This document shows positions 19,423 through 28,603 of a stretch of DNA of 64,000 bases, piece by piece (position 1 is the first letter of the stretch; the number at the start of each line of letters is the position of its first letter). The DNA is taken from positions 3,298 through 67,297 of the forward strand of contig JACKCJ010000013.1 of assembly GCA_020634075.1 (NCBI GenBank), in the 5' to 3' direction. Source of the DNA: Dehalococcoidia bacterium. Its GTDB lineage: Bacteria > Chloroflexota > Dehalococcoidia > UBA2979. The translations under genes and the position numbers were made by a program. The notes under the pieces were generated by a model, which was given only the letters and a program-made list of their open reading frames with translations, had not been told where the DNA came from and did not search any database.

Positions 19423-19896
19423 ATGGCAGCGGGACCTGCTCGACCGGGCCTGCGTGTCCTCGTCGCCTTCGACGACTGTCCCAGCGCGTGGCGTGGGTTG
19501 CTGGGCGTCCCGGCGCTCCACGCGGAGTCCGTGGTGCTCCTGACCGTCCTCGAGGACTGCGCCGACCTCGCGCTCGAAGCGGCGGCGAGCCGGGGCAAGT
19601 CGCGCGAGGACACGCCCGAGGCGCGACGGCTCTGGCTCCAGCTGCAGGAGGCGCGGACGGCGCTCGAGCGCGCCCGGGACGCCCTCCTCCGCGAGGGGTG
19701 GACGGGAGACTGCCAGCTCGTGCTGCGCTGCGGCAAGGCCGGCGCCGAGATCGTGAGCGTCGCCGCCGAGCAGGGGTGCGAGACCGTGGTCATGGGGGCG
19801 CACGCCTCGCTCGGCGTCCGCCGGCCGTTGCTGGGTCCGGTCGCCACGGACGTGCTCAAGCGCTTCGACGGGGGCGGCGTCTACCTCGTGCGCTAG
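19423..19896 (+). CDS. Universal stress protein (UspA-like)
   Basis: LRVLVAFDDCPSAWRGL...ETVVMGAHASLGVRRPLLGPVATDVLKR. Confidence 0.75.
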   Translation: MAAGPARPGLRVLVAFDDCPSAWRGLLGVPALHAESVVLLTVLEDCADLALEAAASRGKSREDTPEARRLWLQLQEARTALERARDALLREGWTGDCQLVLRCGKAGAEIVSVAAEQGCETVVMGAHASLGVRRPLLGPVATDVLKRFDGGGVYLVR

Positions 19897-19915
19897 CTCC
19901 CGAGGCTGCCCGGGC

Positions 19916-20353
19916 TCAGGACGCCCGCGAGCGGTCGTTCGCTCGCTCCCGCGGCGGGTCTGGCTCGTCGCGGTGCCGGCGCATCTCCTCGTGCTTCCGC
20001 TTGAGCACCTCCTCCGGCTGCTCCTCGAGGTCGATCATGTCCCGGTGCGCCGCGCGGGTGGCCTCGATGAGCTCGTCGAGCTTGAGGTGCACCGCCTCGT
20101 TGTCCCGGTTCTGAGTCGCCTGGATCAGGAACACCATGAGGAAGGTGATGATCGTGGTGCCCGTGTTGATCACGAGCTGCCAGGTCTGGGAGAAGCCGAA
20201 CGCGGGCCCCGAGACCGCCCACACAAGCACGAGGGCGACCGCCGCGGCGAAGACCATCGGACGGCCCGTGAAGTGGGAGAAGGCGCGCGCGAAGCGCTGG
20301 AATGCACCCAGCTCGGAGCGTCGCTTCGAACGGTCTGCCGTCGCGTTCTTCAC
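19916..20353 (-). CDS. Low-affinity iron permease family-like membrane protein
   Basis: GTTIITFLMVFLIQATQNRDNEAVHLKLDELIEATRAAHRDMIDLEE signature. Confidence 0.85.
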   Translation of the reverse strand: MKNATADRSKRRSELGAFQRFARAFSHFTGRPMVFAAAVALVLVWAVSGPAFGFSQTWQLVINTGTTIITFLMVFLIQATQNRDNEAVHLKLDELIEATRAAHRDMIDLEEQPEEVLKRKHEEMRRHRDEPDPPRERANDRSRAS

Positions 20354-20430
20354 GCGCGATATCTGACCACCGGTGCAGCATCGAGGGAGCGCCGAAGCCC
20401 GTGCGTTTGTGTCAGTTCTATCGCAGACGC

Positions 20431-20913
20431 TTACGCGCTCGCGTCTCCTCCCGCACCGGACGCCGGCAGTCCGATCGTCGCCAGGCCGAGGGCGAGCCCG
20501 ACCTGCGCGAGGATGCCGGATGCGAGGACCGGTGCCGGACCGACGGCGCCCCCCGCAGCCGCGCGGAGCTGGTCGAAGAACGACATCGTCTCCCAGCGTT
20601 CCGAGTACCTGAAGTCGAGCGGCGCCGTCTCGAAGTTGGCGTGGATGTGGCGCCAGATCCCAACGGTCGCGATGGCGACCAGGGCGACAGCCACGATCCG
20701 GGCGAGCCAGAGCGCCAGGGTGCTCGCGCGGAACACGAGACCGATCAGTGCCAGTGCCGCCACGAGGAGCGCCGCCCAAGGGATGAGCTGCTCGAAGCTA
20801 TCCCAGTGCCGCTCGATGCCGAGCTCGGCCGCCGTTCCGGCGATGCCGAGCCCGGCCAACGCGAGCAACCCCGGCCGCAGCCGTCCGTCAGGGCGGGCGA
20901 GGTGTCGCGGCAT
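20431..20913 (-). CDS. Hypothetical integral membrane protein
   Basis: 160 aa, four apparent TM segments. Confidence 0.6.
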   Translation of the reverse strand: MPRHLARPDGRLRPGLLALAGLGIAGTAAELGIERHWDSFEQLIPWAALLVAALALIGLVFRASTLALWLARIVAVALVAIATVGIWRHIHANFETAPLDFRYSERWETMSFFDQLRAAAGGAVGPAPVLASGILAQVGLALGLATIGLPASGAGGDASA

Positions 20914-20915
20914 CG

Positions 20916-21404
20916 CTACGGCAGGCTGAGCGTCGCGACGATCGCGTCGACGACTCCGGGGCCCGGGTTGTACTTCGCGAGTTCACCGCGCAGCTTCGGG
21001 AGGTCGGGATCGTCGTCGGGATACGGGCGGTATTCGTCCACCTCGCGTGCCCAGCGGCTCGCGTTCGAGATGCCGGCAGCCTCGAAGGCGGCGGTCAGCT
21101 CCGCGATGGTCGCGTTGTTGGCCGAGACGGTACCCGTTGCTGCCTCTGTCGGCGTTTCGGTAGCTGCTGCCGTCGTCGTCTCCGTAGCGGTTGTCGTCGG
21201 GCTCTCGGTCGCCGCCTGCGTCGCTGCCTCGCTCGGGGTGGAGGTATCCGTGGCAACCGCACTCGCGGTCGGCGTGTCGGTAGCGTCGTCCGCGCTGGTG
21301 TCGCTGTTACTCGAGCAGCCGGCGACGCCGAGTGCCGCGACGGCGAGGCCGCCCGTCACGAGGAATGCTGCCGTCTTCCGGGTTACGTGTCGCTGCAGGT
21401 TCAC
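20916..21404 (-). CDS. Hypothetical lipoprotein
   Basis: Lipobox LAVAALGVAGCSSNSD, Thr/Ala-rich linker, small conserved-looking C-terminal domain. Confidence 0.6.
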   Translation of the reverse strand: MNLQRHVTRKTAAFLVTGGLAVAALGVAGCSSNSDTSADDATDTPTASAVATDTSTPSEAATQAATESPTTTATETTTAAATETPTEAATGTVSANNATIAELTAAFEAAGISNASRWAREVDEYRPYPDDDPDLPKLRGELAKYNPGPGVVDAIVATLSLP

Positions 21405-21578
21405 TCAGGGTCCTTCGTACAGGCTTCTGGTGGGGCATGTCGGTACGCGAGGATCGTTCCACCGGGCACGTATGACCGGGATAAGGATTGACGGGAGAGG
21501 TCTCATCGAAGGGTTAAGCGGCTTGCGGGGGCGGGCATAATCGCTGCACCACGAACGTGTTCACGAGAGGCGGTTGCC

Positions 21579-22451
21579 ATGCCCACCGCAGCGATCAACG
21601 GCACCGAGATCTACTACGAGACCTACGGCAGCGGATTTCCGCTGGTGTTCGCGCACGGCGGGTTCGGAGGCCTCGGCACCGGGGCCGGCGGGAACGTCCC
21701 GGCATGGGTGGAGCGGTTCAGCCAGCACTTCCAGGTCATCCTCCCGGACCGACGCTCCTCTGGCCGCTCCGGCTTCCCCGACGTCCCGCACACGATGTCG
21801 CTCTTCGCGAGCGACATCCGTGAGCTGCTGCGTCACCTCGGGCACGAGCGCGCCTTCGTCTGGGGCACCTCCGCCGGTGGACCGATCACGATCACGTTCG
21901 GGCTGGAGCACCCGGATGCGGCTGCCGGACTGGTGGTCGCGGAGACGGCCCCGTGGCTCTCCCAGGATCCCGAGCTCCTCGGCAAGCTCCGCGAACGCAT
22001 CGACATCCTCAACGCGAACGGCGTCGACGCCGCGTACGAGGCGCGTCGCGAGGGTGGCACGGTCGGACTGAATCTCTTCGCCGCCGCGCGTCCGGCGGAG
22101 TCCGAGGAGGAGCAGCGCCAGCGCGATGAGCGCCGAGCGGCGATCCAGGCGCAACTGGCGAAGATTCCGCGCGAAGAGCGCATCTACAAGTACGGCGCCG
22201 AGCTTCGGACGTACGCCGCGCACCTCGACTTCAACGCCACCGCGCGCTTCAAGGAACTGAAGATGCCCGTGCTCATCGTCTACGGCACGGGCGACACCGT
22301 GTATCCGAACGTGCCGTGGACCGAGCTGGCAGAGGGCATGCCGAACGTCGAGGTCGCGCTCTTCGAGGGCCAGGAGCACGGCGCCGCGAGCAACACGCCC
22401 GAAGGCGAGGCGCGCATCCTCGAGTTCCTCCGGAGCCACACGCCGTCGTGA
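21579..22451 (+). CDS. Alpha/beta hydrolase
   Basis: FAHGGFGG, VWGTSAGGPITI nucleophile elbow, terminal GQEHGAAS. Confidence 0.9.
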   Translation: MPTAAINGTEIYYETYGSGFPLVFAHGGFGGLGTGAGGNVPAWVERFSQHFQVILPDRRSSGRSGFPDVPHTMSLFASDIRELLRHLGHERAFVWGTSAGGPITITFGLEHPDAAAGLVVAETAPWLSQDPELLGKLRERIDILNANGVDAAYEARREGGTVGLNLFAAARPAESEEEQRQRDERRAAIQAQLAKIPREERIYKYGAELRTYAAHLDFNATARFKELKMPVLIVYGTGDTVYPNVPWTELAEGMPNVEVALFEGQEHGAASNTPEGEARILEFLRSHTPS

Positions 22452-22613
22452 CCGGTGCGGAGCGCTGCGAGGCGGAGACCGTCAACGACGAGTGCGCGCG
22501 GGTGCGGTGTGAGCGCCCGCGCGGCCATCTCGGGCTGCACGATGATGGCAACGGCAGCACCTGGCGCGATCCACGCGAGCCCGTCGCCTAGTTCGTCACC
22601 CAGCCCGGGCGGG

Positions 22614-23831
22614 CTATTCGACGATCTGGATGAAGGCGCGGTCGCCGACGGTGATCCACCACTCGTAGCCATCCGCGCTGTTCATGAACCAGATGTCGCG
22701 ATGGTCGTTCAGCACGGAGCCGCCGGTATCGGTGCACTCGTAGACGCGTCCCGTCGGGTCGCCCTCGATGCGGAAGCGCTGGCCGAGCAGCCCCGGCTTG
22801 CAGGCGGCTGCCCCCTCGTGGACGACTTCACCGTTCGCCATGCCGCCGCAGTAGCCGCCGCCGTCGCCGTGGGTGCGCGGGTCGCCCGTGGGGACACAGA
22901 AGTAGTAGGTGATCGACGTTTCGAAGTAGGTGCTGTCGGCGCTGCTCGGCGGCTTGGGCGCGTCTGGCCCACGCTTCACGAATACGACGCTGTCGGTGCG
23001 CAGGTGTCCCTGCTTCAGCGACTGGATGTAGTCCGGCGCGCCCGGCACGTAGGAGAGCCAGCGCTGCGACTCGACGTGGAAGTACCAGACGCTCTCGACC
23101 GTGAAGTCCTGGCCCTGCACGAGGAACTTCGGGTCGGTGGTCCCGGACAGACCGATCGTCATCCCGCCGATGGGCGGTGTCGGCAGGACGCTCGGCGTCC
23201 CCGCGACCGTGAGTGACGGATCGGGCACCGACCCCACCGAGGTCAGCACCCCGCCGCGCCGGATCATCACGATGTCGTCCGGGCCGATCGAGGTCAGTGA
23301 GTTCACGAACGCCGGTGCGCCCGGCACGTACTGCGTCATGCGCTGCGTCGTGACGTCGAAGTGCCAGACGCTGAGCACGTCGTAGGGCTGCGCCGCGACG
23401 AGTGCCGCGAGGTCCGAGGTGCCCGCGCGCCCGAGCGTGATGCCTCCGACCGGGGGTGTCGCGAGGGCGCCCGTGGTGGCGGCCGGTGTCTCGTTGATGA
23501 CCTGCACGTCCGAGGGATCGGTGGTCACGTAGTAGTCGGCCACCCAGCCGGTCAGCGACCCGGCCTGCACCTGCACCCACGTGAAACCGTCGCGATCCTC
23601 GGAGGGACCGAGCAGTACGAGCTCGGCGCCGTGGTCGAGGCAGGCGAGGTCGCCAGAGGAGAGACCGGGGGCGGTGCGGAGTCGCAGGCAGTCGCCGCCG
23701 GTGTCGACCCAGGCCGCGGTCGCGGATGCGAGCGATGGCGCAGCCGCCGCGAGCAGGCCGAGGAGCAACGCCGTCACGAGGAGGAGCTGCCGCCGGCTGC
23801 GGAACGAGGGGATTAGACGCGGACTGCCCAA
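22614..23831 (-). CDS. Secreted SH3b domain protein with C-terminal double-psi beta-barrel-like (RlpA/3D-like) region
   Basis: Signal-like N-term; CLRLRTAPGLSSGDLACLDHGAELVLLG...WVQVQAGSLTGWVADYYV; C-term YCGGMANGEVVHEG...GQRFRIEGDPTGRVYECTDTGG. Start codon uncertain (TTG proposed). Confidence 0.7.
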   Translation of the reverse strand: MGSPRLIPSFRSRRQLLLVTALLLGLLAAAAPSLASATAAWVDTGGDCLRLRTAPGLSSGDLACLDHGAELVLLGPSEDRDGFTWVQVQAGSLTGWVADYYVTTDPSDVQVINETPAATTGALATPPVGGITLGRAGTSDLAALVAAQPYDVLSVWHFDVTTQRMTQYVPGAPAFVNSLTSIGPDDIVMIRRGGVLTSVGSVPDPSLTVAGTPSVLPTPPIGGMTIGLSGTTDPKFLVQGQDFTVESVWYFHVESQRWLSYVPGAPDYIQSLKQGHLRTDSVVFVKRGPDAPKPPSSADSTYFETSITYYFCVPTGDPRTHGDGGGYCGGMANGEVVHEGAAACKPGLLGQRFRIEGDPTGRVYECTDTGGSVLNDHRDIWFMNSADGYEWWITVGDRAFIQIVE

Positions 23832-24044
23832 GCGCGTTCTCTCAGTGCATCCCCACCCGCACTGTTGATCAACGCTAGAGGCGCCCCATTCGTGCGGCAA
23901 GGGAGCCTGGGCCCGGACATAACGGAGCCGTGTCGCCCTCACCGTCCACCTAGACTCGGATGGGGTCCGAGTCCGGGACTCCCCATGCGACGACTTCCCC
24001 AGCGACTTCACCGGCGTCCTCGCGGCGTGGTTCGCCCCGGTGCC

Positions 24045-24683
24045 ATGGCGCTGGCACTCCTCGTCTGTTCCCTCGGGGCGATCGGCTGCATCGAGGTGCA
24101 GCGGTCGGTCGAGGTGAGCGTGACCCCCGGTACCGTTCCCGAGGAGATCCGCGGCGCCCGCTGGCAGGAGCTGCCGGTCTCCTACTGCATCGCGGCCGGC
24201 GATGACGACGGGTTCGTGAGCCCGGAGCAGCTGCAGTCACTCACCGCCGACGCGTTTTCCCGCTGGGGCGTCGAGGCGACCTCCAACGGCCCGTGCGACG
24301 GCGCTCCCGAGCGCGGGAACGGGGTGAACGAGATCACCTGGGGGACCGGCGACAGCGCCTCGGAAGGATCCGGAGAGGGCGGTGTATTCGAGGCCGGGTA
24401 CACCCGGCAGCTCTTCCGCTCCTGCCCGGGAGGCTGCGAGGGCGGCGCCCAGAGCCGCATCGTCGAGGCGGACATCCTGCTCGCCACGACGCCGCCCGAT
24501 CGCTTCCGCAACGAGGAGTGCCTGTTCTCCACGCTCCTGCATGAGACGGGGCACTTCCTCGGCGTTCCGCACCTGTCGTCCCCGGCAGTGATGGCGCCGG
24601 CGTCGAGCGACTGCCCGAGCGAACTCACCGATGCCGACCTCGCGGCACTCGTCGAACTCTACCCCGCGCTCGCCGGCGATTAG
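24045..24683 (+). CDS. Matrixin/metzincin-like zinc metallopeptidase lipoprotein
   Basis: HETGHFLGVPH (HExxHxxGxxH) followed by Met-turn-like SSPAVMAP; N-term lipobox SLGAIGC. Confidence 0.8.
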   Translation: MALALLVCSLGAIGCIEVQRSVEVSVTPGTVPEEIRGARWQELPVSYCIAAGDDDGFVSPEQLQSLTADAFSRWGVEATSNGPCDGAPERGNGVNEITWGTGDSASEGSGEGGVFEAGYTRQLFRSCPGGCEGGAQSRIVEADILLATTPPDRFRNEECLFSTLLHETGHFLGVPHLSSPAVMAPASSDCPSELTDADLAALVELYPALAGD

Positions 24684-24689
24684 CGCCCG

Positions 24690-25751
24690 CTAGTCACCAG
24701 AGCCCCGCCCTCCGCCGTTCTGTCCGGGGTTCCCGAAGAAGCCCCACGGGAAGCCGAAGTTGAAGCCCGGCAGCTCGATGAGTGGCTCGTCAGGCGGCGC
24801 GGCGGGAGTCGATGTCTCTGTCGGTTCAGCGGTCGGGCTGGGCTCGACCGTCGGCGTCGGCTCCGGTGTGTCGGTTGGCGTGGGCGATGGAGTCGGGCTC
24901 GGCGACGGGGTCGGGCTTGGCGTCGGCGACGGAGTGGGGCTCGGCGTCGGCGACGGGGTGGGGCTCGGCGTCGGTGACGGGGTCGGGCTCGGCGTCGGTG
25001 ACGGGGTCGGACTCGGCGTCGGTGACGGGGTCGGACTCGGCGTGGGTGACGGGGTCGGACTCGGCGTGGGTGACGGGGTCGGACTGGGCGACGGCGACGG
25101 CGTCGGGCTCGGCGTGGGCGACGGGGTCGGGCTTGGCGTGGGCGACGGCGTCGGTGACGGCGTAGCGGTCGGCGTCGGGCTGGGCGCCGGCGAGGGGTTC
25201 GGGTTCCACGGCGATGGCGTGAACGGAATCGTCGGCACCGGCGAGATTGTCGGTGGCGGAGTAACGGCGGGGGTCGGCGTTGCCGTCGAGGTTGGCGACG
25301 GCGTCGGGCTTGCCGTGGGCAGCGGCGTCCGCGAGGGAACCGCCGTCGCCTGCTGGGTAGGCTGCTGGGTGGGTGACAGCGTCGGCTGCTGGGTCGGCGG
25401 CACCGCGACCACCGAGGTCGGGTTGAGCGTCGCGAACGGGGTCGAGGGAGCGATGGACGGTGTCGCGGTCGGTTCCGGCGTCGTCGACTCGGTCGGCTCG
25501 GGAGAGCCCTCGCTGACGATGATGCGGGAGGGTGGCTCCGGCTCCTCGTCACCCGGGATGGTCAGAGGTGGCCCGGAGCGGTCGCGGTTCACGCTCCGGT
25601 CGAAGAGCGCCGCGGTCGCGACCTGGTCGCTGCGCCGGACCGTGTCCGGTGCCGAGATCGTGTCGACGAGGATCGGTACCGCGCTCGCGAGCAAGCCCAC
25701 GACGAGGACCACGAGCCACTGAATCGCGCGCACGCGAACCTCCGGCTGCAT
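24690..25751 (-). CDS. Membrane-anchored Ser/Pro/Thr-repeat stalk protein
   Basis: 353 aa, N-term [25 protein letters not shown], long (SPTP)n tract, Gly/Phe-rich C-term. Confidence 0.75.
   Translation of the reverse strand: MQPEVRVRAIQWLVVLVVGLLASAVPILVDTISAPDTVRRSDQVATAALFDRSVNRDRSGPPLTIPGDEEPEPPSRIIVSEGSPEPTESTTPEPTATPSIAPSTPFATLNPTSVVAVPPTQQPTLSPTQQPTQQATAVPSRTPLPTASPTPSPTSTATPTPAVTPPPTISPVPTIPFTPSPWNPNPSPAPSPTPTATPSPTPSPTPSPTPSPTPSPTPSPSPSPTPSPTPSPTPSPTPSPTPSPTPSPTPSPTPSPTPSPTPSPTPSPTPSPTPSPTPSPTPSPSPTPSPTPTDTPEPTPTVEPSPTAEPTETSTPAAPPDEPLIELPGFNFGFPWGFFGNPGQNGGGRGSGD
24883..25200. repeat. Tandem minisatellite, about 24-bp units (2x SPTP codons)
   Basis: Successive near-identical units ggcgtcggtgacggggtcggactc / ggcgtcggcgacggggtggggctc. 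Confidence 0.85.
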
Positions 25752-25904
25752 GACCCCAGGGTGAGCGAGGGAGAAAGCGATCCAACCGCACCAGGGTGCG
25801 ACGAGCGGACGCGTCCAACACCGCGCCCACTACGCGATCGACGCTAGGGGCGGCGGTGTTGAGGGAGCGTGAAGTGCGTGTGCCGCGGGCGTAGGGCCGC
25901 GAGA

Positions 25905-27290
25905 TCAGGCGGGAGCGGCAGCAGGTGGCGCGCCCGGCACGTCGGGCGGAGCGAGCGGGGCGTCGGGAGCATCGGGCTCGTCGGGTGGCTCGACGGCTGC
26001 GGGCGGCTCGAGGTCACGGCCCATCGCGATGGCGGTGGCGATGTGCCTCGGTCGCCGCTCCGCCCACCGCACCGAGATGAGCAGGAACGCCGACAGCCCG
26101 AAGCCGACCGTGTAGGTCCAGTAGGGGATCGAGTACGACCCCGTCAGGTCGAAGAGCGCCGCACCCCCGATCGAGCCGACGAGCTGCCCGAAGAACGAGA
26201 CGAGCTGGAGGCTTCCGCTGACCGCCCCAAAGTGGCGCACGCCGAAGACGTGGGTGATGAACAACGGCTCGAGCATCGGGCCGAACGCGCCGCCGATGCC
26301 CCACAGGATCACGAACACGCCGATGCCCGCGGTGTCGGTGTTCAGGAGCAGCGCCGCAAGCGCGACGCTCTGCGACAGCGTCACGGCGATGCCGAGGCGA
26401 TATGGCGACTTGTACCTCGAGAGCGTCGCCCCCAGCGGGAGGCGGGCGATCGTGCGGATCGTCGCGGCCGCCGCGAAGACGGCTGCCCCGGCCTCCACCC
26501 CACGGCTCTGGAAGAAGTCGAGTCCGAGGTTCGTGACCGAGCCCTGGCCCATGAAGAAGAGCATGAGCCCGATGCCAAGCAGCCAGAACGCCATCGAGCG
26601 CAGCGCCGCTCCCGCCGTGAACCCCCACGGCTCGACCACCGGCAGCGAGGCGAGGGCGCGGTCGCTCCTGCCGACGCTCGGCTGCATGCCGAGCGCGCTC
26701 GGATGGTCGCGCACGAAGACCAGCGCCACGGTGCCCTGGAGGACGAGGATCAGCACCGCGAGGATGCGCATCGTCACGGGCCAGCCGGTGGAGTGCTGGA
26801 TCGAGGCCAGCAGGGGCAGGAGCACGGCGCCGCCGAGGCTGAACCCGACGGTCACGATCCCGATCGCGGACTGCCGCTGGCGGCCGGCGAACCAGCGCGT
26901 CATGAGCCAGTTGAACGGGATCGGCTGCGCGAGTCCTCGCACGACACCGACGAGGCACCAGCCGAGGTAGAGGTGCGGGAGGCTCCCGGCGAACGAGGTG
27001 AACGTCAGCGCCGCCGGCAGCAGCACCGCGCCGGCGAGCAGCGGCGCCCGTGCGCCGTGCCGGTCCACGTAGCGACCGATGAACGGGCCGATGCCCGCCG
27101 AGACCGCCTGGCCGGCCATGAAGGCCGTCACCACGGGGGTCCGGGGCGCGCCGAGGTCCTCGGCGATCGCGGGGATCCACATCGTCACGGCCCAGAACGT
27201 CGAGGTGTTCGAGACCGTGTTGCAGAGGACCGCCGCGAGGACGAGGAACCAGCCGTAATGGAATGGCAGACGCTGTGCGACCGCCCTCAT
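25905..27290 (-). CDS. MFS transporter (OFA-like)
   Basis: LPFHYGWFLVLAAVLCNTVSNTSTFWAVTMWIPAIAEDLG..., TM-rich. Confidence 0.88.
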   Translation of the reverse strand: MRAVAQRLPFHYGWFLVLAAVLCNTVSNTSTFWAVTMWIPAIAEDLGAPRTPVVTAFMAGQAVSAGIGPFIGRYVDRHGARAPLLAGAVLLPAALTFTSFAGSLPHLYLGWCLVGVVRGLAQPIPFNWLMTRWFAGRQRQSAIGIVTVGFSLGGAVLLPLLASIQHSTGWPVTMRILAVLILVLQGTVALVFVRDHPSALGMQPSVGRSDRALASLPVVEPWGFTAGAALRSMAFWLLGIGLMLFFMGQGSVTNLGLDFFQSRGVEAGAAVFAAAATIRTIARLPLGATLSRYKSPYRLGIAVTLSQSVALAALLLNTDTAGIGVFVILWGIGGAFGPMLEPLFITHVFGVRHFGAVSGSLQLVSFFGQLVGSIGGAALFDLTGSYSIPYWTYTVGFGLSAFLLISVRWAERRPRHIATAIAMGRDLEPPAAVEPPDEPDAPDAPLAPPDVPGAPPAAAPA

Positions 27291-27384
27291 GGGTGCCCTC
27301 TGTGCCGGAACGCGAGCCCGACGAAGGCGGAACACTATCACGGGTGTGTGGAACGTTCTCCGGGTGAGGGCCCCGGTTCGCGCG

Positions 27385-28167
27385 CTACCTCCCTCGGCGG
27401 CGCTGGCGGTGGCCGTAGGAGCGGATCGCGCGGAGGAAGTCGATGCGTCGGAACGCCGGCCAGAGGGCGTCGCAGAAGTAGTACTCGCTGTATGCGCTCT
27501 GCCAGAGCATGAAGCCCGAGAGCCGAAGCTCGCCCGAGGTGCGGATGATGAGGTCCGGGTCGGGGACGTCCGGCGCGTAGAGGTAGCTGGAGATCTCGTC
27601 CGCCTCGAGGCCGGCGATCAGACCCTCGAGCGAGTCGCCTCGCGTTGCGCGGTCGGCGAGCATCCGGCGCACCGCGTCGGCGATCTCCTCGCGGCCGCCG
27701 TAGCCGACGGCGACCAGCAGCTCCGCCTCAGTGTTCCCGGCGGTCGCGTCCTCGAGGCGCTCGATCGCGGCGAGGGTGCGGGCGGGGAGGAGGTCGCGCC
27801 GGCCGACGGCGCGCACGCGCCGCGGATGCTGGGCGCGCGCCTGCATCTCGAGCAGCCCGTCGATGCGCTCCTCGACGATCTCGAAGATCGCCTCCAGTTC
27901 GTCCTCGGGACGCTGAAAGTTGTCGGTCGAGAGGATCCAGAGCGTGAGCACGGGGATCTCGAGCTCGTCGCACCAGCGCACGAGTCGCTCGATCGTGTCG
28001 GCTCCGCGCCGGTGGCCGTCGCCGCTCGAGGCGAGCTGGGCGGTCCGGGCGAAGCGTCGGTTGCCGTCCGGCAGGACGCCGATGTGCCGTGGCATCGGGG
28101 TGCTGCGGACCTGGCGTTCGAGCTGACGCTCGTACCAGCGGTAGATGAGGGTTCGAAGCATCGTCAT
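27385..28167 (-). CDS. uppS: Isoprenyl transferase (cis-prenyl/undecaprenyl diphosphate synthase family)
   Basis: IGVLPDGNRRFAR, PDPDLIIRTSGELRLSGFMLWQSAYSEYYF, LWPAFRRIDFLRAI signatures. Confidence 0.93.
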   Translation of the reverse strand: MTMLRTLIYRWYERQLERQVRSTPMPRHIGVLPDGNRRFARTAQLASSGDGHRRGADTIERLVRWCDELEIPVLTLWILSTDNFQRPEDELEAIFEIVEERIDGLLEMQARAQHPRRVRAVGRRDLLPARTLAAIERLEDATAGNTEAELLVAVGYGGREEIADAVRRMLADRATRGDSLEGLIAGLEADEISSYLYAPDVPDPDLIIRTSGELRLSGFMLWQSAYSEYYFCDALWPAFRRIDFLRAIRSYGHRQRRRGR

Positions 28168-28237
28168 TCCTCCGGTGACTGGATGAGTCTGCAAATGACT
28201 CTGTGATGCAAAGTTGAGGCGAAAAAAGAGAGGGCGC

Positions 28238-28603
28238 CTAGCCGCCGCGGGCGATCCTGATCAGCGCCTCCATGTGCTCGACATACCGCTGGAGCGCGTC
28301 GCGCCCCTCCGGCGTCAACTCGTACTCCGTCCGGGGGACGCGTCCCTCGAAGCTCTTCAGCGCCCGCACGTACCCGGCATCCTCGAGCTTCCGGGCGTGG
28401 GCGCTGAGGTTGCCGTCCGTCAGGTCGAGGAGCGTCTTCAGCTCGACGAACCCCAGGCGCTCGTTGGCCGCGAGGGCGCTCACGATCGCGAGCCGCGTGC
28501 GCTCGTGGATGACGGTGTCGAGCTGTGCGGATCGCGCGATGGTCCGTTCGGCCGAGGGCCGGGCGTCGTCGTCGCGCCGGCGTGCCGCGGAAGAGTCAGC
28601 CAC
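28238..28603 (-). CDS. Winged-helix transcriptional regulator
   Basis: RLAIVSALAANERLGFVELKTLLDLTDGNLSAHARKLEDAGYVRALKSFEGRVPRTEYELTPEG. Confidence 0.88.
   Translation of the reverse strand: MADSSAARRRDDDARPSAERTIARSAQLDTVIHERTRLAIVSALAANERLGFVELKTLLDLTDGNLSAHARKLEDAGYVRALKSFEGRVPRTEYELTPEGRDALQRYVEHMEALIRIARGG

Noticed and set aside
22590-22610. agcccgggcgggct hairpin as a terminator
   Set aside because: Stem only about 5 bp with no T tract; chance self-complementarity is likely in GC-rich sequence
24883-25200. Possible CRISPR-like regular repeats
   Set aside because: No unique spacers; contiguous in-frame SPTP codons, so a coding minisatellite
24760-25722. Plus-strand 320-aa Gly/Val-Gly-Asp repeat ORF (GVGLGVGDG...)
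   Set aside because: Exact antisense shadow of the SPTP-repeat tract; the minus frame has a sensible TM anchor and conventional layout
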